Below are positions 21,324 through 34,265 of a stretch of DNA of 37,906 nucleotides, in pieces. The notes below the pieces were generated by a model. That model ran no database searches. It saw only the letters and a program-made list of their open reading frames with translations, and was not told where the DNA came from. The first letter of the stretch is position 1; each line of letters opens with the position of its first letter. The position numbers and the translations under genes were made by a program. The stretch is from contig NC_068998.1 of NCBI RefSeq assembly GCF_001194135.2, positions 25,847,429 to 25,885,334 on the forward strand, read 5' to 3'. The stretch comes from Octopus bimaculoides. Lineage: Eukaryota.

Positions 21324-22619
21324 CTTAAAAGAGAATGCAGAGTTTGCATTTGTATTTCATTTTTGTCGTTTGTTTACATGTTTATGTGCGTTATTTATAC
21401 TTTGTTTTAACTTCTCTCTTATTAGCAAATAAAGTTAAACCTTTATTGCATTCGAACAGAAACCAAACGTTAAAGTAGAAATATCTGCCCTAGACTCCGC
21501 TTTCGTGTTTCGTTCATTTGACTATTTTAACTAGGTCACCTGCTTTTGACAGTATTAGAATAAATATGTGTGGAAATGGAAATAATTGGGTGGGGGAAAC
21601 TGTAGGCAATGAGGTAGAAACAATATGACCGCTTTGGCCTGCCTCAACTCGGTTTCACACATACGAAAGTTGAATTTGGATGTATGAATAGTTTTTTTTT
21701 TTCTAATTAGCAATGATGTAAACGCGTTGTAAATAATAACCGCATCACATTGCAAAACTGATTTTTCCCTGATCATCAAAGTAGCATGCACCTTAGGTAA
21801 TATTTAAATGGTTAACAGCCTATGAAACCTAAGTACTGCAAGCGCAAAAAATTAGAATGCGCTTACATGGTAATGCGGTAAAGAATTTAACATCCTAAAT
21901 ATATAGAGCAACATCGATAAAAGTGGGCGGTTGCATTGAACAAAGGCGTTGATTCAATATGCTCAAGTGCCCATGGCGAGCATAAAGAATGAGAGTAATA
22001 CTTGGTATGCACCAATAGGTCCAGAAGCCTTTTTACTACATTTACATATGCTTTTATATGTACATACAATTACATACAAGAGGAAACTACGTTACCTGAT
22101 ACATTAGCCACACGTTTGTGTGGTGTGTGTGTGTGTATTTATGCATATGATTATATAGATACATGCACACAAACACACACACATTCTTTTACTATTTTAT
22201 ACGTTTCAGCATTAAGGATGTGGGCATGCTGGGACACGTATACATCTATATACATATATAAGATTAAATATATATATATATAAGCACACGCACACACACA
22301 CAGAAAGACACACGCACACGAACACAGAAGTGCTCATATCAAGTGGAATAGCAAATTAGACGAAATTAAATGTTTAAATTAAATCAAAATGATTAATAAA
22401 TTTGACAGTTGCCAACAACTATAGTTAATTTGCCATTTGTAATTATTTTGGTTTTTGCTATAAATATTAATGAAAGATATCGAATACTGTGTGTGCGCGC
22501 GCCCACACACAGACACAGACACACACACGCATACACACATACACACGCACACTCACACAGATGCACACCTACGTGCGTGTGTGCATGAGTCTGAGTGTGT
22601 ATTCGCTATGAACACTGTC

Positions 22620-23895
22620 CACCCATCCACCCCGGCATTTTCTCTACCTCACCCCATTCTCACTCTCCCTCCCCGTGCCCCTCCACTAGCCCGATCCTAG
22701 CCTCACAAAAGTGCACGCCTTCTTTCATGGCAATACACAGCCTCAGAATAATCAGGGTTAGTTCTGAGCTGTCGTCCATCTAACTGGAGTTTAGCAGCCT
22801 AGACTTGTTTGTTAACGCATGCAGTAACATAGTCAATTGCTTTCAGTTTAAGAAAAGATACTGCCGTTAAAAATATCTCTCGTGCCAAATTCTCAGCAAC
22901 CTCCATCCCCGGGTCGCCATCATTATCAAGCTAGCTCAGAAAAGTGGATCTGTAATGGTATAGAGTGCTGACATTTACATGGAGAAAGCATTCCAACAGC
23001 TTCGTGACCGTGCTTTCTATTGCCTCCTACCCTCCTATCCAGCCCCCACCTACCAGCAGCGCGTGTCATGCACCATCGGAGATCTCATCTTTACTCGTGT
23101 TTTGCCCTTCCCACTATTGCCACCAACCTCAATGTCGAAACTCCCTACACTTCCACCATCTATTTCCTTTCCCAAATCCATAAACCCAACCCTGGATGTC
23201 CATTGATTCTGCCTTTAATTGCAGTTCTTATCTTTAAACACCTGAAACCTGTCGTTACTCCCTTAGCCACTTTCCGTCCACTCTACATCCACGATACCAA
23301 TCATGCCCTTTGAATTCCCAACTGCTTTTTCTCCCCTTCTATCCCCTGTTGCCTTCTCTTTATCGTAGACATCAAATCCCTCTGTACCGTGATCCGCCGC
23401 ACTGATAGTCTCCTTGCTCTTCAATAGTTCTTCAACCACCGATCCGTCCTTGATTCCAGCACAGCTACACTTCTCCACCTCACTGAACTCATCCTCACTC
23501 TCAACTGCTTCACCTTCGCGGGCGATGTCTATCAGCATTTTTCTAATGTTACCATGGGAATGAGAATGATCCAAGCCATCATCAACTTATTTGACCGTTA
23601 TATCGTGACCCAAATCTTCTCTTAGTTCATCGGACCGACCCCAGATCTATAAGGTCAATACATAAACCCTATCGGGGCAACCTCAGTCTTCTGCGAATAT
23701 CATAATAATCTCATTTCTTTCTTTTCTACCTCTTGAGTTTATTTCTGTCACTTTCAACACTTCCTTCAGCTTTCTGGATATCGCCCATTAAAATGATTCC
23801 TTCGATCACTTTCTCATAACACTTCTGTCTTATTCAAACATGCTACGTCTTTTTCCTACATCAATGTTTCCTCATCCTACCCCACTCGCACCAAA
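22620..23895 (+). mobile_element. Penelope-like retroelement RT relic (decayed)
   Basis: LDLFVNAC; IIKLAQKSGSVMV (cf. IKPADKGGAVVV); MEKAFQQLRDRAFY; TIYFL.QIHKPNPGCP (cf. YLLPKIHK..PGRP); YIHDTNHAL; VDIKSLCTVI (23365); LLHLTELILTLNCFTFAGDVYQ; VTMGMRM; QYINPIGA in place of RYIDD. No GIY-YIG domain seen. Confidence 0.87.
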
Positions 23896-23977
23896 TGGGT
23901 CACCGCCTACTCTGATTTTTCCGACATCGCCGTCTGTACATACGTGACCAGGATTTTGAGACACATTACACACACGC

Positions 23978-24012
<35 letters not shown>

Positions 24013-24018
24013 CATCCA

Positions 24019-25206
24019 TACACACAGAGGCTGAACAATATGCTCACACAGAATGTGACCAAGTGGCTTTTATCTTTCAACATAGTCCCCGTTGCCGTCT
24101 GGTCATTCTTCCATCGGTGCTGCAGTGTGTGAGTCAGTGGTGAAGAAGTTTTCATTATGCTGCTCAAAAACTCAACGGAAGATATGACGTCATTATTACT
24201 GCGTTACTGGTGTTTTTCATGTTAGGGAACAGATACTTGTCAGATGGGGCTAAATTAGAAAAGTAGGAACAGTGATCAACCTGTGCAAAGCCAGTCACAC
24301 ACAGTAGCCATTGAAACCAAGAACTTTTGTAGTGAAGCATTGTCCTAATGCAACAGGAATCCTTTCGTCAGTTTTCGTCAGCGTTTGGTCTTCATAGCCT
24401 TTCGTAACTGCTTCAGCAAATGGGAATACTATTATCCATAGATAGTGTGACACTTCTGGTGATAGTCAATGAACACAATGCCTTTTTTATCCCGAGAAAA
24501 TGAGGTTATCACCTTCCTTGCAGATGAAACGAACTTGGCCTTATTTAAAGCAGATAAATAGGGGTGTTCCCACTGACTCAAACTCATGAGGCCAACCCTC
24601 ATGCTGAATTAGGAAACGTTCAAAGAAACCCGCTGAAGTTGCATGAAACAATGTCAGATTTTCTTGTGATATAATCATCTTGGTACGTTTTCGATTAGGT
24701 TTCGGAAGACATAGAAACCCACTGATCGGAAACCTTCCTGATGCCAAGTACGTTCTACAGAATATTGTCAACTTTCTCACGGGATATGCTAATAGCATTG
24801 GTTCTTTGATTTATTGTCAATCGCCTGTCGTCCATCACCATCTGGTGAACACCACCAATGTGTTCCTTAGTGGTAGTAGTTGCAGGACATCGGGTCATCT
24901 TCAAGACTTTCCCTTCCCCTCCTAAATTCAACTTTCTACATTTGCACGATACAGTAAGCTGTAGCAATCATGTCAGAGACAGATACTTGATAACAGCGAG
25001 AGGTCAAATTTTGTCTATTTTCAAGGGAAGTCGCTACTACTTACTTTTGATATCTTTGATCAGTAAGTGATCTCAGATGACAGTTTACCTGGAACGAAAC
25101 AATGCAGTTATTAATAAGGATCGTTCAAATTAATGCATGCAGCATTTCACAGCTCTGGCATCACTCCTTCAGAGTCAGACTATGAATTTTTTAACCCACT
25201 CTTGTA
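24019..25206 (-). mobile_element. Mariner transposon fossil #2, both ends present, internal deletions
   Basis: 5' TIR-like TACAAGAGTGGGTTAAAAAATTCATAGTCTGAC at 25206; degenerate 3' TIR near 24019. Start region (I)DKI*PLAVIKYL at 25018; HQMVMDDRRLTINQ…ISISREKVDNIL; NLAPSDKYLFPNMK; C-terminus GDYVER* (stop 24070-72). Many stops and frameshifts. Confidence 0.9.
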
Positions 25207-25221
25207 TGTATAGTCGCAGGC

Positions 25222-25273
<52 letters not shown>

Positions 25274-25479
25274 NNNNNNNNNNNNNNNNNNNNNNNNNNN
25301 NNNNNNNNNNNNNNNNNNNNNNNNNNNNNNNNNNNNNNNNNNNNNNNNNNNNNNNNNNNNNNNNNNNNNNNNNNNNNNNNNNNNNNNNNNNNNNNNNNNN
25401 NNNNNNNNNNNNNNNNNNNNNNNNNNNNNNNNNNNNNNNNNNNNNNNNNNNNTATATACACACACATATATTTTGGCGA

Positions 25480-25790
25480 TATGATCTGTCACAGAATGTG
25501 ATTGAAAACCACACTTCTCTGCTGCAAGGCGGATTCTCAATGTCCATATACGTATACTTGCCCGTCTTATAAAAAGGCATGGACATTGACAGCTGAAATC
25601 AATGGACGAAGATAAATGATGAGCAAGAAAGTTATTTCCAACAGTGCCTACCACTGATTTATTTCTGTCACTTCTATTAACAGAACATTCAGACATCAAT
25701 ATTGATGGTATCCGGGAAAAAAAATTCCTGCGGTAACGAGCGCGGATTTTTAGTCAAACCATAATTCAGCAATTGAGAATTATGTTGTAT
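25480..25790 (-). mobile_element. Possible 5' remnant of another mariner subfamily
   Basis: MDIENPPCSREVWFSITF resembles the N-terminus IENPA-CEVRSVIRFL of irritans-type transposases; cut off at a gap. Confidence 0.38.
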
Positions 25791-26056
25791 CACTTCAAAC
25801 AACTCAGGATAAATATAGATACAAACAAAACAATAGATCAATGAGAATATAACAGAAGTTCAATATGCGGTCTACATATTTGTTATTTACAACTATTTGT
25901 TAGCTCTCAACCATCTCCTGATAGTATCTATTTGAAAAAAATGCATATATAATTTTTTCGACCAAACTCTAAATGTCAGACTCGTTAATTATAACAAACT
26001 GAAGGTTAAGTAATGGGGATCCTGTTATCAATGCAGATGTGATTCAGTGCCATCAC

Positions 26057-26077
26057 TTCTCTCTCTTTCTCTCTCTC

Positions 26078-26150
<73 letters not shown>

Positions 26151-26237
26151 ATCTATCTATCTATCTATCTATCTCTATTTCTCTCTCCCATTCGCTTGCG
26201 CTCTCTGTCCGTCTCTCTCTCTCTTTATCTCTCTCTT

Positions 26238-26268
<31 letters not shown>

Positions 26269-26295
26269 CACTCTTTCTCTCTCTCACTCTCTCTA
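26057..26295. repeat. (CT)n/(CTAT)n microsatellite, followed by TA/TG repeats to ~26570
   Basis: Read directly. Confidence 0.97.
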
Positions 26296-26460
26296 ACTCT
26301 GTGTTTCCATGTGTATAGAGTGCGGACGCATTATACTGTTATAAGTACGTATGTTCGTATGCACATAGATACATACCGGCATGCATACTTTCATTTATAT
26401 ATATATATATGCATATATATATATATATATGCATATATATATATATATATATATATATGT

Positions 26461-26492
<32 letters not shown>

Positions 26493-26971
26493 ATGTATAT
26501 ATGTATATATGTAAGTTTCCATTGTATATAAATGCATATGGTTATGTACATATATGTGTGTGTGCATGTTAATGCTTGGATAGATAGGTAGACAAAGAAA
26601 GAGAGAGCGGAAGAGGGTGAGAGAAAGATACACAATGAACTAATATTTAATCAGTGACTGCATAACGACTCAACAGGTAGTCACTGCAATGAACTTATGT
26701 GAATATAATTTGAACAGTAAGAATGAACTTTACAATGACTAAATATAGATAATACGGGATAATACCACAGGTCACATAGCAGGGCATCTTCGTATATTTC
26801 AAAGAGTAATCGACACGTCATTCGCACTAACACTGTAAATACCTACCCATTGATTTAGTCACACAGAATATATATATATATACACACACACACGGGATAT
26901 CTTCAAATATTTGTACGCAAACGGTTTTTTCGACCCAAAAGTGACATATGTTCTGCTAGATCCAGTAAACA

Positions 26972-27017
<46 letters not shown>

Positions 27018-27989
27018 ATGCATATGTACATTCTTACATGTATGTATATATATAAATATATATATATAAATAAATAAATATATATATATATATANNNNNN
27101 NNNNNNNNNNNNNNNNNNNNNNNNNNNNNNNNNNNNNNNNNNNNNNNNNNNNNNNNNNNNNNNNNNNNNNNNNNNNNNNNNNNNNNNNNNNNNNNNNNNN
27201 NNNNNNNNNNNNNNNNNNNNNNNNNNNNNNNNNNNNNNNNNNNNNNNNNNNNNNNNNNNNNNNNNNNNNNNNNNNNNNNNNNNNNNNNNNNNNNNNNNNN
27301 NNNNNNNNNNNNNNNNNNNNNNNNNNNNNNNNNNNNNNNNNNNNNNNNNNNNNNNNNNNNNNNNNNNNNNNNNNNNNNNNNNNNNNNNNNNNNNNNNNNN
27401 NNNNNNNNNNNNNNNNNNNNNNNNNNNNNNNNNNNNNNNNNNNNNNNNNNNNNNNNNNNNNNNNNNNNNNNNNNNNNNNNNNNNNNNNNNNNNNNNNNNN
27501 NNNNNNNNNNNNNNNNNNNNNNNNNNNNNNNNNNNNNNNNNNNNNNNNNNNNNNNNNNNNNNNNNNNNNNNNNNNNNNNNNNNNNNNNNNNNNNNNNNNN
27601 NNNNNNNNNNNNNNNNNNNNNNNNNNNNNNNNNNNNNNNNNNNNNNNNNNNNNNNNNNNNNNNNNNNNNNNNNNNNNNNNNNNNNNNNNNNNNNNNNNNN
27701 NNNNNNNNNNNNNNNNNNNNNNNNNNNNNNNNNNNNNNNNNNNNNNNNNNNNNNNNNNNNNNNNNNNNNNNNNNNNNNNNNNNNNNNNNNNNNNNNNNNN
27801 NNNNNNNNNNNNNNNNNNNNNNNNNNNNNNNNNNNNNNNNNNNNNNNNNNNNNNNNNNNNNNNNNNNNNNNNNNNNNNNNNNNNNNNNNNNNNNNNNNNN
27901 NNNNNNNNNNNNNNNNNNNNNNNNNNNNNNNNNNNNNNNNNATATATATATATATATATATACATAGAGAGAGAGAGTAAGAAAAGTGT

Positions 27990-29333
27990 GTTGTTTGTTC
28001 TGTGTTATATGTATGATTTTAATGTGTTGTGGTGGTGTTGTGCGTCGGTGATTATTCGTTTTGGTATGGCTTTCTCTTATGTTGGTATTTGACCTAATGT
28101 ATTCCATAAGATCTGAATTGTTAGTATTTATAGCTGTCAGCATTGTGAGCCATTTGGTGTTTGTGTTAATGCTTTTGCTTCCTGCGGGTGTTTTGGTTTC
28201 GAGTGTGGCAAACCTCCCTGCTTTCTTTGTTTGCTTCTTTATTCTATATTCCCACCTTTTCTCCTTCTCCCTGTGGCCACTTGCCAATCCTCTGTGTCAT
28301 CTTCATCTGACGACATATCGGAGGAATCAGAAAGTGGGAGGGGAAAGATATTGGGGTCTATTTCTGAGTGTGTTAATGTTGATTTTGTTGTTGCTGTTGG
28401 TGCTGGTTGGTGACAGTTGGGATGTAGTGTATGGGTTTTGGTGGGTAGAGTATGAATCATTTTGTTTTCTCTTCTTCCTTTGGAGTTGTTGTTGTTGTTG
28501 TTGCTGTTGTTGTTGTTGTTTGCGATCACAAACATAAGAACCTGGCTTTTTGCTTTCGACGGCCACTTGTAAATTCGAACAGTCTGCCAGTTTGATGAGA
28601 TGTGGAACCATTTCAATACTGATTGGATCAACTTGAGCAAGGACTTCTACTTCTTGACCAATCCAGTTTTGCTGCTCTAGGACAGCGATTTCTAAGATGT
28701 GGATTGCCTCTTCGATATCATAACAAATGGCAGACACAAGCCATTTTATTTGTATCTTAAGGGGCACATCTTTGATTTTGATTTTTATGATTAGGTTTTT
28801 GCATTCAAAGAACTTGGTGGAGAGGACTTTGGCTCTTTCTTCACTGTTGAATCTAACTTCGATCGTAGCAATTTTTTTTCTCCCTCTGGTGATGTATCCT
28901 TTAAAGGCCCATATGGGCCTTAAACATTTTTCTACTATTTCTTTGGAGGCAGTTTCGAAAAGTTTTGTTTTTAAGTTGAGTGTTTTATATCTGATTTTTT
29001 TTTAACGTCTTCTGTGATTTCTTGCGGTGTTTGCAGTTGTATAATGTGTTCATCTTTTTTAAACATTGTCTTGCAACCAAGGAGTTCTTCCTTCGAAAAG
29101 ACAAAATCTTTTTCTTCACCTTTAAACCTGCGGCAAAATTATTTCGTGTGTTCGTGTTAGCTGTGGTAGTGATGGTGGTGATGGGAGGAGGCTGTTCATA
29201 TTCTCTACGGCTAGACTGGCGTTCTTGTGTGTACGTTCAAGCAGAACGATGTTCTTTTCAGCTTCCCTCACCTCCGGCTTCGGTAGTGGCGGGAAGTCAA
29301 TGAGATGAAGCTGGCTTCTTTTGATTTAGCCAT
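27990..29333 (-). mobile_element. Non-LTR retrotransposon ORF1 (gag-like, probably Tx1/L1 clade) relic
   Basis: ATG at 29333. Frameshifted product includes IATIEVRFNSEKRAKVLSTKFF…IKIKDVPLKIQIKWLVSAI…NWIGQEVEVLAQVD…IEMVPHLIKLADCSNLQVAVESKKPGSYVC (degenerate VEGRxP-CxxC knuckle entry), then a low-complexity tail ending SDEDDTEDWQVATGRRRK. No ORF2 follows before the gap. Confidence 0.7.
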
Positions 29334-29359
29334 TTTCGTTTAGAAGATGACAAAAAAGA

Positions 29360-29498
<139 letters not shown>

Positions 29499-29781
29499 TG
29501 TGCATGATATCGATAAAATATAAGTCATGAGGAGATTAAAATATGTGTGAATGAATTCTGCATATTTTTTTCTGAACTGGTTTGAGGGGATATTCGAGTT
29601 AAACTGGTATTTCGCTTATAATATTCCACCTGAATGTTTAACGTCTCTAGAGTAGGGCCCAATTAAACCAAGATTCTAAGTTATGGGAGCACCGTGAGCA
29701 TTTTAAACTACATTGTACGAGATCTTTTAGCTAGCTGATATAGATGAAATACCTATAACCCCTATGTAGGTTAGTGATAAG

Positions 29782-29819
<38 letters not shown>

Positions 29820-29931
29820 TCCTACCTACATACATACCTACCTACTTACCTGCCTACCTACCTACCTACCTACCTACCTACCTACCTACCTACCTACCTA
29901 CCCTACCTACTTACCTACCTACCTGCCTACC
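29782..29931. repeat. (TA)n then (CCTA)n microsatellite
   Basis: Read directly. Confidence 0.97.
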
Positions 29932-31036
29932 NNNNNNNNNNTATATAATTGTATTAGATGTAGCTATGAATTGCAATAGTGTAAAAGGTGAGGATTAAAA
30001 AGCCTAAGTAAATGTATAGTACTACAGATCAATAGGAAAATTACTGAGTAGAAATAAATGAGTCAGTGTTGACTATCCTCTCCCTAATAATATAATGATC
30101 CTTTGTTATGGTAATCGGAGTTATTATCACAAATATCATACAGTTCTCCAATCCACAGCATAAAGTCGTAAATTAAGCCGTAAAAATTCTTGCGATAAAG
30201 AGAAAGAGGGATAGGAATTTAGCTGAATATATAGCTACTATAGAGTAAGAATCCCTGTGAAAAAGTGATAAGACTTGCAAATAAATTATCAATACTGTGA
30301 ATATGGTGTGGCAGAGTTGACCTAGTTCATCAAGCGAGAGAAAGGTATGGTTTGGATAAGACTGTTAAATATATATGTTGCGGCAGTGTAAGAAGAGTAT
30401 GTAAAAGAAAGATCGTTGAGCAGATAGCTAGCATGTTTATAAACCGTCCTAATCAACCTATTGTAATCGGTTCGGGTGATCATGAATTACATGCATATAT
30501 GCACATAATTACATAAATATGTATGTATGCATGTACACAGAGAAAGACAAACAAAAGAAGTAATATATATGCAATATACCTAATCGTTAAATTATCATTT
30601 CTGAAACTTAAAATCGAACTCATCAATCCGCTGCTATTCATTGTAACTTCTAAAGAAAATTGGTGTCGAATATAATACGGTGAATTTGGCATGGTAGATA
30701 ATGAAAGAAGAAACAAAGAGTGGTGTTGTATGTAATCGATAATTTCAATATTAAATTGATTAACTGCGTTTATAAATCAATGCTATAGTTTCGAAAATAG
30801 TTTACATAACATTTCATCAATATCCACATAAAGCTACTTCTCCGAATATAGCCGCGATAGTTATTTGGTAGTGAGTGCTATCTCCTTTCGCATTTCATAT
30901 TCTTCAAATTTTTTGTCTATGTATATGAATAAAAAAAAACATCATGAGACAATATAAAGCCAAGATTAACTTAAATGCATCGCAGTCAGACACACTCACA
31001 CACGCACGCGCGCACGCACACACACACACACAAGCA

Positions 31037-31078
<42 letters not shown>

Positions 31079-31084
31079 AATTAT

Positions 31085-31645
31085 GAGGCTTTAGTTCACA
31101 GACAAATTAAACGATTAGGTGCGCTAGGTAAGTGTGTACCCAAGCTTTACCAGGTGCTCATAAACGACGGATTTTGATAGGTTGAGGCTTTCTGCCAATT
31201 CTCGAGTTGTGCAATGTTGGTTATTCTTAATTAATGACTTGATTTAGTCATCATCTGTAGTGGATGGTCTGCCTGATCGCTCTTTATCAATAAGGCTATA
31301 ATCTCCAGCTCGGAACCTTGCGAACCACTTCCGTACAATTCTTTCAGATAAAGAAACATCACCGTAAACTGCGCATATTTCTTTGGATGCTTGTGAGGCA
31401 TTTTCCCTTTACGGAAAAAGAAAAGCATCAAGTGCCGAATATGAAATTTCTTATCTTCCATTTTAAAGGGTTACAGAATTAACACAGGTTATAGGAACAT
31501 AAACCTTTTTCCACGAAAAGATAGCTTAAACTGTGTTCTAAATGGAGGTGTAGTCAAATCCTATTTTATGGACTCAACCATGTTCTAAAATAAGTGGAAA
31601 GATAAGCTACTATAAATCGGCACGAACTTTCCGGACAACACAATA
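31085..31645 (-). mobile_element. Mariner fossil #3 (Mos1/mellifera-like), 5' TIR plus N-terminal DNA-binding region
   Basis: TIR TATTGTGTTGTCCGGAAAGTTCGTGCCGATTT at 31645. ATG 31461 gives MEDKKFHIRHLMLFFFRKGK, then after a frameshift RIVRKWFARFRAGDYSLIDKERSGRPSTTDDD*IKSLIKNNQHCTTRELAESLNLSKSVVYEHLVKLGY. Stops at a (CA)n tract. Confidence 0.92.
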
Positions 31646-33596
31646 TTTTTACGTCTGTTATCAATTTTGCAATGTAAAAGCTTAAACCGTAATGAATTAA
31701 TTACAAATAAATTAATGATATACTATGCCTGTTATGAACGTGGCTTTCACCATGAATATGAAAATAATGTGGTTGGAGTGTTGTGATGGGAAACGCGCCA
31801 ATCAGAATATAATTAATATCTAATGGCTGGTTAGGTGTTGGCTATGCGTACTTTGGCCGAGATGGAGGATATATAAACGGAACCCTTCCACACCCTTTTT
31901 TTTTTTTTACGGAATCCCACATTTTAAGCTATGAAGATTCCGATTCTGAAAAAAGATTTTCAAAATCGCAAATTCAAAATTTCGATTCCACCCCACCACC
32001 ATTTCTTCAGTTAACTTTCGTTTACCCTATTTCTTATTTTAACCTGACCTTGGGAAAACTTAGATTTATAAGAAAGAGGAAATTGTAATGTATGGTATAT
32101 ATTGTATTTCTAAGTAAGATAATTAGAAATGTACAACCTAAAACTAAAATCATATTGCAGGTTCTCGAGGTATCCTTCCAGTTTCAATTAGATGATTAAA
32201 CAAAATATTAAAGAAGAAATTACGTATAAGTAAATAATAAACCTTGATATCAACTCATAAAAATAGAATTAATACATCATTTGTATATCGGATAACCAGT
32301 ATGGAAGGTGTAACCTTCTAACTGCGAAAGTAAATTTTATGGTTATTCCTGTAATAATCCTAAATACCTAACGAAAAAGAAAAAGAATGGTGTCTTCTGC
32401 AACTCACGTTTCTTCAATGAATTAACTAGAAGTATCTTAAGAGAAACTAATTTCAGAATGGACATTCAACAACAAAAGATTGGTATATAAAATTGCTTCC
32501 CGGCGTTAAGAGTAATGAAATTTTGAGTGGATATATCTGCTCTCGGCAGTAAAAGGGTTAAATTGGAAATATAAACAGCTGCAATGAGATAATTGCATCA
32601 ACATACCTTTCAACGCTCTAGAAAGAAAGTTAATATACATGAAAACGTGTTCATGTAATGCAGAATACACATGAAATTAATATTTGTTATTTTCTGTTGA
32701 AAATCACTGTACGCTAGTCGATGATTATAAGCGGTTATTATTATTTTCAGAGCCTCCAGGTCTAGAGGGAAAAAGACACGCAGAGCAGAAACTGCTGAAG
32801 GTATCCGTGGGATAATGGGCAGGAGCTTTTGGCTACATCAGAAGATGTCTGTCTAAGGTCACATACAGAGATTTTAACCCAGAACAAAGGGATCCAGAGA
32901 TTACAACCGCTACATGGCAAACAACGATTTGTTTACTTCTTTCGTCAGTTTCAGATTAAGTACTTTCAGGCAAGATGAAGAGAATTGAGAAGAGGGCAGT
33001 TTCCTCGCTTTTATAGCTGGTATATGCTATATAATTGCTATCTACACATGAGATCAAAGTCAGAAGCCTCCCACAAGTATCTGTTCAGACCAGACAGTAT
33101 AATCATAATGAAGTGAGAGATGACACACATTATGGTGAGGAGAGCAACTTTAAATAATTAATTTCATACCACGATGTATGTAGAAAAGATGAACTTCTCT
33201 AGACACTACTTAACTAAAACATACAGATCAAAGAAATGTACATTTGAAATGATTGGACGTGTCACAGTTAAAATTAACAAAACTTTGGAACTAAAATTCA
33301 TACTCCACATATTCAAAGATATAGAACAACACCGTATCTAGATTTATTCTAAAACTTCCTTTAAATTAATATTTTCATAATATTCTTATAGATTGCTAAT
33401 ACTTCTTACTAATAATTTTAAAAAGAAGACTTATGCAACCAAGTAGAATAGTATATGGAATATTAAAATTAAAGCACAATTAAAATTTGCATGAAAATTC
33501 GAAAGAACAGGAAGCTACTTTAAATTGTATAAGAATTATCAAGTAAAGGATATATTCATGCATAGACATACACACATTCATACGTAATCATGCAGA

Positions 33597-33611
33597 AATA
33601 TATATATATAC

Positions 33612-33710
<99 letters not shown>

Positions 33711-33720
33711 GATGGATAGA
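33597..33720. repeat. (TA)n/(GATA)n microsatellite
   Basis: Read directly. Confidence 0.97.
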
Positions 33721-33796
33721 CTGCAAAATAGCGAGAGACTGAGAAATAAGATTCAATATTACATGGAAGATATTAATGGAATATGCAAATTTCGTG

Positions 33797-33842
<46 letters not shown>

Positions 33843-33843
<1 letters not shown>

Positions 33844-34265
33844 CAATAATAAATCTCTGAGCAACACGTAGTAGCAGCCCAGAATCGTGAAGAATATTTT
33901 CCACCTAAATGTGGCGGACCATAGGGGATGATGCTGCTGTTGGTTATAGCCCCAGGAAGACATCTCCTCCAAATGGCTGAGACACACTTTCTGTGTCCGG
34001 TTAGTATTTGCGAAGGGAAATCATCATTCCCATCTCTACCCTTTCGCGATACACACACACCCCGGTTTTTGGGTAGTAACCCATCATCAGCGTGTTACAA
34101 TCACTGGCTAACGGTGAGAATTCATTCCAAATGCAAAATACTATATGCTTTTTCCAGTGACAAACTATCGTTAATCTCGAAAAAGGAGAAACATGCAATA
34201 ATAAATCTCTGACCGAGACGGAAACAGTAGCAGCGCGGAATCGTGAAGTGTATTTGCAACCTAAA
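33843..34265. repeat. Pair of ~70-bp imperfect direct repeats (33843-33909 and 34195-34265)
   Basis: GCAATAATAAATCTCTGA…AGTAGCAGC…GAATCGTGAAG…ACCTAAA occurs twice, ~352 bp apart. Confidence 0.85.

Noticed and set aside
23263-23574. 103-aa acidic minus-strand ORF
   Set aside because: Antisense of the Penelope-like RT relic.
26039-26635. SL-, YI-, HT- and CV-repeat ORFs here and across the window
   Set aside because: Translations of di- and tetranucleotide microsatellites.
26652-26686. 10-bp hairpin CAGTGACTGC…GTAGTCACTG as a miRNA precursor or Helitron end
   Set aside because: Stem too short for a pre-miRNA and no CTAG end follows.
28061-28537. 158-aa hydrophobic ORF with a poly-Cys tail, membrane-protein-like
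   Set aside because: Antisense of the ORF1 low-complexity region and its (CAA)n tract.
31101-31126. Apparent + strand microexon with a strong TAG|gtaagt donor
   Set aside because: Lies in the antisense strand of mariner #3.
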